Shown here: positions 28,189 to 37,274 of the stretch, piece by piece | Position numbering within the stretch: position 1 is the first letter of the stretch | Layout of the letters: each line of letters starts with the position of its first letter | DNA from: Eubacterium sp. | Lineage (GTDB): Bacteria; Bacillota; Clostridia; Lachnospirales; Lachnospiraceae | DNA length: 43,339 nt | Direction: 5' to 3' | Assembly: GCA_017519155.1 (NCBI GenBank) | Contig: JAFWSY010000083.1 | Location: forward strand, 1 to 43,339 | Notes under the pieces: generated by a model | Database searches by the model: none | Told to the model about the DNA's origin: nothing | Seen by the model: the letters and a program-made list of their open reading frames with translations, nothing else | Position numbers and translations under genes: made by a program

Positions 28189-28980
28189 ATGAGTATTCAA
28201 TTAAAAAACGGACCGGATGATAATTTACAGGACGGACTTCAGAGTGATTCACTGGATAATGTACAGACAAATCCAACAGGTGGATTTGTTGATGATTTTG
28301 ATCCGAAGGATCCTGAAAGTAAATACAGGGGTGGTCTTGGTGATGGAACTGTCGACATAGATAAGATAAATGATCTTCCAGCATATACAGCTCCTCCGCT
28401 TATGAATGAAGGCGGTATAGGCGCTGCATCAGGTGCCGAGAAAAGATCTTTGATCTACAAGATCATAGGTATAGTACTGTTATTGGTGGTCGTATTCTTT
28501 ATCTACAGAGGCGTAAATTACCTGACAGGTACCGGCGGCAAGGACATCACTGCCGAACTTACCAAGAGCGAAGATGAGATCGCTAAAGATATGAGAATCA
28601 AATTTGAAGATAATGATGCAAGACTCAAATCCATTCCTCATTATGCTAAAGGAACCGTTAAGGTCAGATCGGGAAAAGAACTTCATGTGGTATATCTTGA
28701 TGATGAACAGACAGGTATTAATTCCAACAGCAGAAAATATCGTTTCTTCGGTGTTGGTATAAATGATCCTGAGAAGACAGCTGTTAATAACATGACCTAC
28801 CAGTATGAAGACTGCATGGTACTTGCAAATGACCTTATCGGGGGCAATTCAGATACATATTTTTACTATAATACGAAGAACAATGATGCATTTGTTCTGG
28901 CTATAAATAAGAACTCTGCAAGAGTAGTAAATATGACTTACTTTACTGATTGCAAGAAAATGCTGGCCGGGCTTAATTAA
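28189..28980 (+). CDS. Hypothetical single-pass membrane protein
   Basis: Acidic, likely disordered N-tail; one TM (IIGIVLLLVVVFFIY); soluble C-domain; GAGG RBS. Confidence 0.75.
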   Translation: MSIQLKNGPDDNLQDGLQSDSLDNVQTNPTGGFVDDFDPKDPESKYRGGLGDGTVDIDKINDLPAYTAPPLMNEGGIGAASGAEKRSLIYKIIGIVLLLVVVFFIYRGVNYLTGTGGKDITAELTKSEDEIAKDMRIKFEDNDARLKSIPHYAKGTVKVRSGKELHVVYLDDEQTGINSNSRKYRFFGVGINDPEKTAVNNMTYQYEDCMVLANDLIGGNSDTYFYYNTKNNDAFVLAINKNSARVVNMTYFTDCKKMLAGLN

Positions 28981-29076
28981 AGATTGAAACATCGACCTAT
29001 TTAAGTTATTATAAAAGCTAGTTCAGTCTCGTCTGTGAGGGCGGACTATAAAATATGTAAAGAGAGGAATAGTTTA

Positions 29077-29913
29077 ATGGAAATTAAGGAACTTGCTATT
29101 ACTGCCAATAAAATCAGGCAGGGCATCCTGACAGCTACATTTAACGCTAAGTCAGGACATCCGGGAGGATCACTCTCAGCTACAGAGATATTTACTTATC
29201 TCTATTTTCAGGAAATGAATATTGATCCGGCAGATCCTAAGAAGGAAGACAGAGATCGTTTTGTTCTTTCAAAGGGACATGTTGCACCGGGACTTTATTC
29301 AACACTTGCCAACAGGGGATATTTCCCGGTTGAGGATCTCGCAACTCTGAGACACGTTGGTTCATATCTTCAGGGACATCCTGATATGAAGCATATTCCA
29401 GGAGTTGATATGTCATCAGGATCACTGGGACAGGGACTTTCATGTGCAGTTGGTATGGCACTCGCAGGAAAGCTTAAGGGCGCAGATTATAACGTATTTG
29501 CACTCCTTGGTGACGGTGAGATCGAGGAAGGTCAGATCTGGGAAGCTGCTATGTTCGCAGGCTTCAGAAAGCTTGACAACCTCATTGTATTCGTAGATAA
29601 CAATAACCTTCAGATAGATGGTCCTATCGATCAGGTATGTTCACCATATCCTATCGACAAGAAGTTTGAAGCCTTCAACTTCCATGTTCAGAATGTTGAC
29701 GGACATGACTTCGCTGCAATCGCTGCTGCAGTTGATGCAGCTAAGGCAGCAAAGGGAATGCCAAGCGTGATCGTAGCTCATACTACAAAGGGTAAGGGCG
29801 TTTCATTTATGGAGAACCAGGTCGGATGGCATGGTAAGGCTCCAAGTGAAGAGGAATACAATCAGGCTATGGAAGAACTCAGAAAGGAGGCAGAAGAGTT
29901 ATGTCAGATGTAA
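29077..29913 (+). CDS. Transketolase, N-terminal (TPP-binding) subunit
   Basis: SGHPGGSLS, DRFVLSKGH, LQGHP, GSLGQG, GDGE...N, WHGKAP; ATG at 29077. Confidence 0.95.
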   Translation: MEIKELAITANKIRQGILTATFNAKSGHPGGSLSATEIFTYLYFQEMNIDPADPKKEDRDRFVLSKGHVAPGLYSTLANRGYFPVEDLATLRHVGSYLQGHPDMKHIPGVDMSSGSLGQGLSCAVGMALAGKLKGADYNVFALLGDGEIEEGQIWEAAMFAGFRKLDNLIVFVDNNNLQIDGPIDQVCSPYPIDKKFEAFNFHVQNVDGHDFAAIAAAVDAAKAAKGMPSVIVAHTTKGKGVSFMENQVGWHGKAPSEEEYNQAMEELRKEAEELCQM

Positions 29914-30833
29914 AGATTGCTACAAGAGTAAGCTATGGTAATGCTCTTAAAGAAATAGCTGCTGAATATGATAACTTAGTTGTACTTGATGCCGATCTTG
30001 CTGCAGCAACACAGACAGGTATTTTCAAGAAGGAATATCCTGACAGACATATCGACTGTGGTATTGCTGAGTGTAACATGATGGGTATCGCTGCCGGTCT
30101 TTCAACCTGTGGTTTCGTACCATTTGCAAGTTCATTTGCTATGTTCGCAGCAGGACGTGCTTTCGAGCAGGTTCGTAATTCAATCGGTTATCCGCACCTC
30201 AATGTAAAGATTGGTGCTACACATGCCGGAATTTCAGTTGGTGAGGACGGAGCTTCTCATCAGTGTAACGAGGATATCGCTCTTATGAGAACTATCCCTG
30301 GCATGGTAATTATTAACCCTAGTGATGATGTTGAGGCAAAGGCTGCAGTTAGAGCTGCATATCTTCATGAGGGTCCTGTATATCTCCGTTTTGGACGTCT
30401 TGCAGCACCTGTCATAAATGATAACGCTGATTACAAGTTTGAACTTGGTAAGGGTGTTACTCTCAGAGATGGTAAGGATCTTACAATCGTAGCTACAGGT
30501 CTTATGGTTGCAGAATCCCTTGCAGCAGCTGAGAAGCTTGCAGCTGATGGTATTGATGCAAGAGTTATCAACATCCATACAATTAAGCCACTTGATGAAG
30601 AACTCATCATCAAGGCTGCAAATGAGACTGGCCGTATCGTAACAGTTGAGGAGCACTCAATCATTGGTGGTCTCGGAAGTGCAGTATGTGAGACACTTGC
30701 AGGGGTTTGTCCTGTTAAGGTTGACCGTATAGGTATCAGAGATACATTTGGTGAGTCAGGTCCTGCTGTACAGCTTCTTGAGAAGTATGGACTTAACGCT
30801 GATGGTATCTATAAGTACATCAAGAATCTTTAA
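29901..30833 (+). CDS. Transketolase, C-terminal subunit
   Basis: GIAECNMMG, GEDGASHQ, GPVYLRFGR, TIKPLD, VEEHSIIGGLGS; overlaps the N-subunit gene. Confidence 0.95.
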   Translation: MSDVKIATRVSYGNALKEIAAEYDNLVVLDADLAAATQTGIFKKEYPDRHIDCGIAECNMMGIAAGLSTCGFVPFASSFAMFAAGRAFEQVRNSIGYPHLNVKIGATHAGISVGEDGASHQCNEDIALMRTIPGMVIINPSDDVEAKAAVRAAYLHEGPVYLRFGRLAAPVINDNADYKFELGKGVTLRDGKDLTIVATGLMVAESLAAAEKLAADGIDARVINIHTIKPLDEELIIKAANETGRIVTVEEHSIIGGLGSAVCETLAGVCPVKVDRIGIRDTFGESGPAVQLLEKYGLNADGIYKYIKNL

Positions 30834-30851
30834 GATTTAAAAGATTATTCG

Positions 30852-30879
30852 GAGGACAGGATATCCTGTCCTCTTTTTT
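30852..30879 (+). terminator. Rho-independent terminator
   Basis: gaggacagg-atat-cctgtcctc followed by a T-run. Confidence 0.9.
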
Positions 30880-30940
30880 ATTTTATAAATGTATTAAGAT
30901 TTTTTCATATTTTTGTGTCAAGATTTTTTTCAGATTTTTG

Positions 30941-30994
30941 TTGACAGTTATGGGATTGGTATGATATAAAATAGTTAACCGACAACCTGTCGGT
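30941..30994 (+). promoter_or_regulatory. tetR promoter and palindromic operator 1
   Basis: TTGACA 30941-30946; TG-a-TATAAA 30962-30970; ACCGACA-acc-TGTCGGT 30978-30994. Confidence 0.75.
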
Positions 30995-31029
30995 AAAGAT
31001 AAATATATATCGTGAATGGACATTTAATT

Positions 31030-31668
31030 ATGAGAGTAGTTAAATCTGCAGAAGAAAGAAAGAATGAGATACTGGATGTAGCCGAACAGCTGTTTGCAGA
31101 AAAAGGATTTGATAATGCAAGCACAAACGACATAATCAAAAGAATCGGAATAGCCCGGGGAACACTGTATCACCATTTTAAATCAAAGGAAGAAATACTT
31201 GATGCAATTGTTGAAAGAATGACCAGCACCGGAATTGCACGGGCAAAGATCATTGTATCAAATAAAGAAGTTCCTTTGCAGGAACGACTTACAGGAATGA
31301 TACTGGCGCTGAATATTAGTGGTGAAGTAGAAGAAGAGGTATTTGAACAGATACATAAACCACAGAATGCACTTCTTCATCAGAAGATGCAGGAACACCT
31401 GTTAAGTGGTGTAGTACCAATAATAGCAGGATTAATAGAAGAGGGAAATGAATCAGGATTATTTGATTCAAAGTACCCGGCAGAAGCTGCAGAGATGATC
31501 ATGGTCTACTCCAGTGTAGCCTTTGATGAATTTTCAGATCTGAGTCCTCAGGAGATCGAGAAAAAAGGAAGAGCATTTATCTGTCATACCGAAAGGCTTC
31601 TGGGAGCAAAGGAAAACAGTCTGCTGGAACCGATCATGAAAATATTCATGAATCAAATGCAAAAATAA
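31030..31668 (+). CDS. TetR/AcrR family transcriptional regulator
   Basis: ERKNEILDVAEQLFAEKGFDNASTNDIIKRIGIARGTLYHHFKSKEEIL HTH. Confidence 0.95.
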   Translation: MRVVKSAEERKNEILDVAEQLFAEKGFDNASTNDIIKRIGIARGTLYHHFKSKEEILDAIVERMTSTGIARAKIIVSNKEVPLQERLTGMILALNISGEVEEEVFEQIHKPQNALLHQKMQEHLLSGVVPIIAGLIEEGNESGLFDSKYPAEAAEMIMVYSSVAFDEFSDLSPQEIEKKGRAFICHTERLLGAKENSLLEPIMKIFMNQMQK

Positions 31669-31730
31669 AATTAACCTACGTGATGGGACTTAAAGGGGTC
31701 TTCATAAGACCCCATATATTATAACCACTG

Positions 31731-31747
31731 ACCGACAACTTGTCGGT
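31731..31747. promoter_or_regulatory. Palindromic operator 2, upstream of the MFS gene
   Basis: ACCGACA-act-TGTCGGT; arms identical to operator 1. Confidence 0.8.
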
Positions 31748-31777
31748 AGATAATAAAACAACTAAGGAAGGTAGCAT

Positions 31778-33019
31778 ATGGAAAACAAATCAAATTATAA
31801 AAAATTTCTACTTTTATGGAGTGGTGAATTCATATCATCGATTGGTGGAGGTCTCACAAGCTTCGGACTCAGCGTATATATATTTCAGAAAACAGGAAGT
31901 GCAGCCAGTATGGCTCTTGTGGCACTTCTATCATTCCTTCCCGTGCTTCTGCTGAGTCCGATAGCAGGTGTCCTTGCTGACAGATATGACAGATGCCTTA
32001 TGATGATGTTAGGTGACGGTATGTCGGGACTGGGGCTTGTATACATACTTATCTGTATGTTTACGGGTAAAGCAGGACTATATCAGATATGTATTGGTGT
32101 ATTTATAAGTGCAGTTTTCTCGTCACTTCTTGAACCATCATACAGAGCAGTTGTTACTGATATGCTGACTAAGGATGAATACTCCAAGGCAAGCGGTATG
32201 ATGAGTCTTGCAGGAAGTGCAAGATATCTGATATCACATATGATCGCAGGTTTCCTTCTTACCGTAAGCGATGTAAAAATGCTTCTCATCATCGATATAT
32301 GTACTTTTATTCTGACAGTAGTATGTACTGCAGTAGTTAGAAACAGCCGTATCGTAAAACAGTCCAAAACTGCTGAATCCTTTATGGAAAGCTTTAAGGA
32401 TGGATGGAAGGCCATAACGAAAAAGAAAGGTATCTTTGTTGTAATTATGGTTTCATCAGTGATAACTTGTTTTATGGGAGCTATCGAGATACTTGTTGAA
32501 CCTATGATACTTGATTTTCAGACAAGTAAAGTCTTGGGAATAGCCGAGACTGTATGTGCAAGCGGAATGCTTGTATCAAGTATATTTATAGGAATAATCG
32601 GAATAAAGAAGAATTTTACAAGGATACTGAGTATCGCTTTGACAATGTGTGGACTTGCGATGGTTGGTTTCGGAATAAAGGAAAATATATATGTTATATG
32701 CTGTTTTGGATTCCTGTTCTTCTTTATGCTTCCATTTGCAAACAACTGTCTGGATTATCTGGCAAGAACAAATATAGATGCTGATAAGCAGGGAAGAGCC
32801 TGGGGATTGATAAGCTTTCTGTCACAGCTGGGATATGTGGTTGCATATGCCGGAGCAGGTTTACTGGCAGATAAGATAGCTGAAGCATGGCATGTAGGCG
32901 TAGGCCGTGGAGCAGCAGTTGTGATCATGGTATCCGGTGTTCTGCTGGCAGTAATGGCCATTCTTCTCTCAAGATTCAAATCAGTGAGAGACTTGGAAAG
33001 CGGTGAAAAGAATGAATAA
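31778..33019 (+). CDS. MFS transporter (DHA3/Mef-like)
   Basis: FLLLWSGEFISSIG, motif A GVLADRYDR, about 12 hydrophobic segments, QGRAWG. Confidence 0.9.
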   Translation: MENKSNYKKFLLLWSGEFISSIGGGLTSFGLSVYIFQKTGSAASMALVALLSFLPVLLLSPIAGVLADRYDRCLMMMLGDGMSGLGLVYILICMFTGKAGLYQICIGVFISAVFSSLLEPSYRAVVTDMLTKDEYSKASGMMSLAGSARYLISHMIAGFLLTVSDVKMLLIIDICTFILTVVCTAVVRNSRIVKQSKTAESFMESFKDGWKAITKKKGIFVVIMVSSVITCFMGAIEILVEPMILDFQTSKVLGIAETVCASGMLVSSIFIGIIGIKKNFTRILSIALTMCGLAMVGFGIKENIYVICCFGFLFFFMLPFANNCLDYLARTNIDADKQGRAWGLISFLSQLGYVVAYAGAGLLADKIAEAWHVGVGRGAAVVIMVSGVLLAVMAILLSRFKSVRDLESGEKNE

Positions 33020-35288
33020 ACGATTAATGATGAATGATTTTAAATCGAATAAGCTGATTACAATATCTACATGTATATTCATGGCGGTAACAGCAATGCT
33101 GCTTGGTCTGGCTATATATCTCTTTGCCAGTCTGGCTGCATCCATTGACACCCTTATGACTAAAGCCGAAACACCTCATTTCCTGCAGATGCACACCGGT
33201 GAACTGGATGAAGAGAAGTTTAATACATTCGTAGATTCGAGAAATGATGTAGAAAAGAAGCAGATATGCAGATTTCTTAATCTGCAGAACAGCAGTCTTT
33301 CTATAGGTGATAAGTCCTTTGAAGCCAATATGCAGGATAACGGCCTGTGCTTACAGGGTGAATGCTTTGATTATCTGGTAGATAGTAATAATAATGTTAT
33401 TCAGGCGAGTCCCGGAGAGGTTTACGTTCCCGTAGCTTATAAGGATGAATATGAAATAGAGCAGGGCGAAAAGATGAAGATTGGAACAGAGGAACTGACC
33501 GTGGCAGGATTCTTACGGGACTCGCAAATGAATTCCATGATGGCTTCCTCAAAGAGATTCCTTGTTAGTGAGAGGGATTATGTAAGACTTAAAGTGCTTG
33601 GAAGTGAAGAATATCTGATAGAGTTCAGACTTAAAGAAGGCAGTGATGTAAATAAATTTGCCACTGAATATAAAGATGCAGGTCTTCCTGAAAATGGTCC
33701 GACAATTACTTATCCGCTGATTAAAACAATGAATGCACTGTCAGACGGAATAATGATACTGGTTATTTTGTTAGTAAGCTTTGTAGTTTTGTTTATATCA
33801 ATAATATGTATCAGATATATAATTCTTACCCAGCTGGAAAAAGACAGACGTGAGATTGGAATGCTTAAGGCAGTGGGTATCTCAAAAAAAGATATCAGAT
33901 TTATCTATATATCAAAATATCTGGTTCTATCCATGATCGGCTGCTTCGTTGGAATAGTTCTGGCGGTAGTAACAGCAGGAATGCTTTCTACAGGAATAAA
34001 GGAGATGTATGGTGAAACAGAAAATAAAGTTTTAGTATATATCTTTATGATTCTCGGAGCGCTGCTGGCAGAAGCAATAATTCTTCTTTTTGTAAGAAAA
34101 ACACTTCGCACAACAGAAAAAGAATCTGCAGTTTCTGCTTTATGCGGAAGGGGTGGGTCAGGTAAAAAGAGTAATCTCTGGAGACCTGCACTTATCATCT
34201 CTGCAGCAGCAGTATTCATGATCCTCGTACCTATGGGAATGAAGAGTACTATGGCTGATCCGGAATTTGTTACATATATGGGAATCGGAAACAGTCATGT
34301 ACGTATAGATGTAAGACAGAAGGATGATATAAATAATGCAACCATCAGTATAGTTGATGCAATTAAGAAGGATGACAGAGTTGACAGCTTTTCTGTAATG
34401 AAGACGAGAGGCTATAAGGTAGGACTTCCAAGTGGAGAGACCTATAGTCTGATGCTCGAAAATGGGGATCACAGTACATTTCCGGTGAATTATCAGGAAG
34501 GAAAATATCCTGAGAATGAAAACGAAATCGCACTTTCTGTTCTTAATGCAGAGGAAATGGGAGTTAAGGTGGGAGAACCGGTCACTGTATTAAAAGATGA
34601 TGGCGATGGGAATACAGAGGAATATGTATGTACAGTATGTGGAATATATTCGGACATAACTAATGGAGGAAAAACGGCTAAGGGCTGCCTGGATGACAGT
34701 AACGATAAAACTCCTCCGATGTGGAGTATTATCTACATCTCTCTGAAGGATGAAAGCATAGTCAGCCAGTGGACTCAGGAATATCAAAGTAAATTTTCAT
34801 CCGTAGATGGAGGTGTCAAGGTTATTGAAATATCTGATTACCTTCAGGGAATATATGGTCAGACAATCAAAAATATAAATGATGCTTCTGTTTTGACGAT
34901 GGTTTTATCAGCTATTATCATTATGATTGTGATAGTTTTACTGATGCGTCTGATTATCTGGAGAGAAAGAAAGGATAGTTCGCTGAAGAAAGCTCTGGGC
35001 CTTTCGTCTTCAGAGATTAGAAAGGATTATTTGAAAAAGCTTGCTTTATATACTCTGTTAGGAATTGTAATCGGTGTGCTTATGGGTGAAGTTCTTGGAC
35101 AGAGACTGGCGGGGGGACTGCTCGGCCTCATGGGTGCTATGGGCTTCCAGTTTGTGATCAATCCTTTGGAAACATTTGTTATAGTACCTGTATTGATAAT
35201 GATTTCGGCCGGCATAGCTGCTATAGTTAGTCTTACTGAGATAAAAAGAATACGTGCAGCGGAATGTCTGAATTCAGGAGTTGAATAA
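33012..35288 (+). CDS. FtsX-like ABC permease
   Basis: Two FtsX halves (KDRREIGMLKAVG; RERKDSSLKKALG); overlaps the MFS stop. Confidence 0.88.
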   Translation: MNKRLMMNDFKSNKLITISTCIFMAVTAMLLGLAIYLFASLAASIDTLMTKAETPHFLQMHTGELDEEKFNTFVDSRNDVEKKQICRFLNLQNSSLSIGDKSFEANMQDNGLCLQGECFDYLVDSNNNVIQASPGEVYVPVAYKDEYEIEQGEKMKIGTEELTVAGFLRDSQMNSMMASSKRFLVSERDYVRLKVLGSEEYLIEFRLKEGSDVNKFATEYKDAGLPENGPTITYPLIKTMNALSDGIMILVILLVSFVVLFISIICIRYIILTQLEKDRREIGMLKAVGISKKDIRFIYISKYLVLSMIGCFVGIVLAVVTAGMLSTGIKEMYGETENKVLVYIFMILGALLAEAIILLFVRKTLRTTEKESAVSALCGRGGSGKKSNLWRPALIISAAAVFMILVPMGMKSTMADPEFVTYMGIGNSHVRIDVRQKDDINNATISIVDAIKKDDRVDSFSVMKTRGYKVGLPSGETYSLMLENGDHSTFPVNYQEGKYPENENEIALSVLNAEEMGVKVGEPVTVLKDDGDGNTEEYVCTVCGIYSDITNGGKTAKGCLDDSNDKTPPMWSIIYISLKDESIVSQWTQEYQSKFSSVDGGVKVIEISDYLQGIYGQTIKNINDASVLTMVLSAIIIMIVIVLLMRLIIWRERKDSSLKKALGLSSSEIRKDYLKKLALYTLLGIVIGVLMGEVLGQRLAGGLLGLMGAMGFQFVINPLETFVIVPVLIMISAGIAAIVSLTEIKRIRAAECLNSGVE

Positions 35289-35323
35289 TTAATTTGAATA
35301 TTGATAAGTATAGGAGGTTTTTT

Positions 35324-36058
35324 ATGAGTTCATTACTTAGAGTTGAAAATATAAAGAAAGATAATATCCTGAATGACGTAAGCTTTGAAGTGATGTCAGG
35401 CGAAATGATAGCGGTTATGGGACCTTCCGGATCAGGAAAGTCAACTCTTTTATATAATGTTTCGGGAATGGACCAGGCAGATGGAGGACAATCCTGGCTG
35501 GGTGATACGGAGATAGTAAGTTTAAGTGAAGACGATAAAGCGAAGCTTAGGTTAAACAGAATGGGCTTTGTGTTCCAGCAGATGAATATGATCTCAAATC
35601 TGAATATCATTGATAATATTGTATTTCCGGCAGTTCGTGCAGATAAGAAACGTCGTGCTGAGTACTATGATCGTGCAAAGAAGCTTCTGGACGATTTTCA
35701 TATAGGAGATATAGCTGAGAGGAATATAAGAGAAGTATCCGGAGGACAGCTGCAGAGAGCATGTATATGCAGAAGTATGATAATGAATCCGGAGATCATA
35801 TTTGCCGATGAACCAACAGGTGCACTTAACCGTACATCAGCCATGGAAGTAATGGATGCATTTCTCAGAATAAATCGCGAGGGAGCAACCATTTTGATGG
35901 TCACACATGACAGCTGGATAGCAAGTAAATGTGAAAGAATTATCTATCTGCTGGATGGAGAGATTCGTGGAGAGCTGAGATTAGGGAAGAGCACGCCTGA
36001 GGATGGTAAGGAACGTGAGCAGAAATTAATCCGCTGGCTGGAAGACTTTGGATGGTAA
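35324..36058 (+). CDS. ABC transporter ATP-binding protein
   Basis: GPSGSGKST, VSGGQLQR, ADEPTGAL, VTHD; ATG at 35324 after AGGAGG. Confidence 0.95.
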   Translation: MSSLLRVENIKKDNILNDVSFEVMSGEMIAVMGPSGSGKSTLLYNVSGMDQADGGQSWLGDTEIVSLSEDDKAKLRLNRMGFVFQQMNMISNLNIIDNIVFPAVRADKKRRAEYYDRAKKLLDDFHIGDIAERNIREVSGGQLQRACICRSMIMNPEIIFADEPTGALNRTSAMEVMDAFLRINREGATILMVTHDSWIASKCERIIYLLDGEIRGELRLGKSTPEDGKEREQKLIRWLEDFGW

Positions 36059-36121
36059 AATAAAGCATTTTAAGTTAAAATAGGTGCAAAATAAAAAGCA
36101 TAAACGATTGAGGATAATTAG

Positions 36122-37192
36122 ATGAGAAAGCATTTATTATTTGCATTGATGATCATAACGGTGGCGGCATTTACCGGTTGTGGAAAGACTGCTGATGTGC
36201 AGAATAATGGGAATAATTCCGGAGTCGATCCCGTTGATGGCGGGCAGGCTGCAACAGAGGAAATAGATGACTGGATGGATGTCTCAGCTGAGGAAAACTG
36301 TCAGTTCTATGTGATGAACCTGAAGGATAACTATGTCGAAGTATATAATGAGGGAGAGGTTCATACCAGACCTCTGATGCTGGATAATGGGGTTGAACTC
36401 CCTAAAATAGAGGATGGACATTTCAAGAAACTGACTGCTGATGTAAACATATACAATGGTGGAGAAGAGGGTTACTCGGGAGACAAGTTTATTAAGAAGA
36501 TTAGCAAGGCTGAGGACGCTGACTATCAAGAAGTATTTGAAGCTCTGGAGATACGTGATGCAAGCGGAAATGGTTTTTCGGCCAGGGAATTGCTGAAATA
36601 TCAGGATTTAAATGACAATTACCTGATTGTAGCAGATGGTCACGAAGCTGAAGTCTATAAAGACGGTGAGTCTTTTACAAAGTTTTCACTGGATAATGTT
36701 ATTGGTACAGATTATCCGGAACCTTTCTTCGAGGCACTGGAAGCATCTAAAGAAGCACAGCTTGTTCAGGAAGGCAGTGCAGGGGATGCATATAGTGAAA
36801 CTACGGATATTAGTACAGGCAGTGATGCGTCAGAAAACGGCAAAGGCTCCGGTACATACGAATATGTAGAAGTAGACGGTTATAAGCAGATTACCGTTGC
36901 AACAGCACAAAAGATAATGGCTGAGGAAACCGGCTATCTAATAGTTGATGTAAGAACGGATACGGAATATTATGATAAGCATATTCCGGGGGCTGTGCTT
37001 ATTCCAAATGAATATATAGAAGACCAGCCTATTCCTGAACTTCCGGATAAAGATCAGATGCTTTTGGTATACTGCAGGAGCGGAAGAAGGAGTAAGGATG
37101 CGGCAAGGAAGCTGGCGGAAATCGGATACACAAATGTATACGAATTTGGCGGTATCATATACTGGCCGGGACCAATATCTTTAGAGGATTGA
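36122..37192 (+). CDS. Lipoprotein with C-terminal rhodanese domain
   Basis: Lipobox FTGC; IVDVRTDTEY, HIPGA, YCRSGRRS, GYTNVYEFGGI. Confidence 0.85.
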   Translation: MRKHLLFALMIITVAAFTGCGKTADVQNNGNNSGVDPVDGGQAATEEIDDWMDVSAEENCQFYVMNLKDNYVEVYNEGEVHTRPLMLDNGVELPKIEDGHFKKLTADVNIYNGGEEGYSGDKFIKKISKAEDADYQEVFEALEIRDASGNGFSARELLKYQDLNDNYLIVADGHEAEVYKDGESFTKFSLDNVIGTDYPEPFFEALEASKEAQLVQEGSAGDAYSETTDISTGSDASENGKGSGTYEYVEVDGYKQITVATAQKIMAEETGYLIVDVRTDTEYYDKHIPGAVLIPNEYIEDQPIPELPDKDQMLLVYCRSGRRSKDAARKLAEIGYTNVYEFGGIIYWPGPISLED

Positions 37193-37204
37193 AAACAAAA
37201 TCTC

Positions 37205-37251
37205 ATAGCACTATTCATGTTTTAATGATAAAATATGAATAGTGCTTTTTT
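37205..37251 (+). terminator. Hairpin/terminator; palindrome family B, copy 2
   Basis: agcactattcatgtttta-atga-taaaatatgaatagtgct followed by a T-run. Confidence 0.7.
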
Positions 37252-37274
37252 AAGTAATGAGAGGAGATTATCAG

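Noticed and set aside
116-37251. Palindrome families as integron attC sites
   Set aside because: No integrase, no RYYYAAC/GTTRRRY ends, and the flanking genes include core housekeeping genes.
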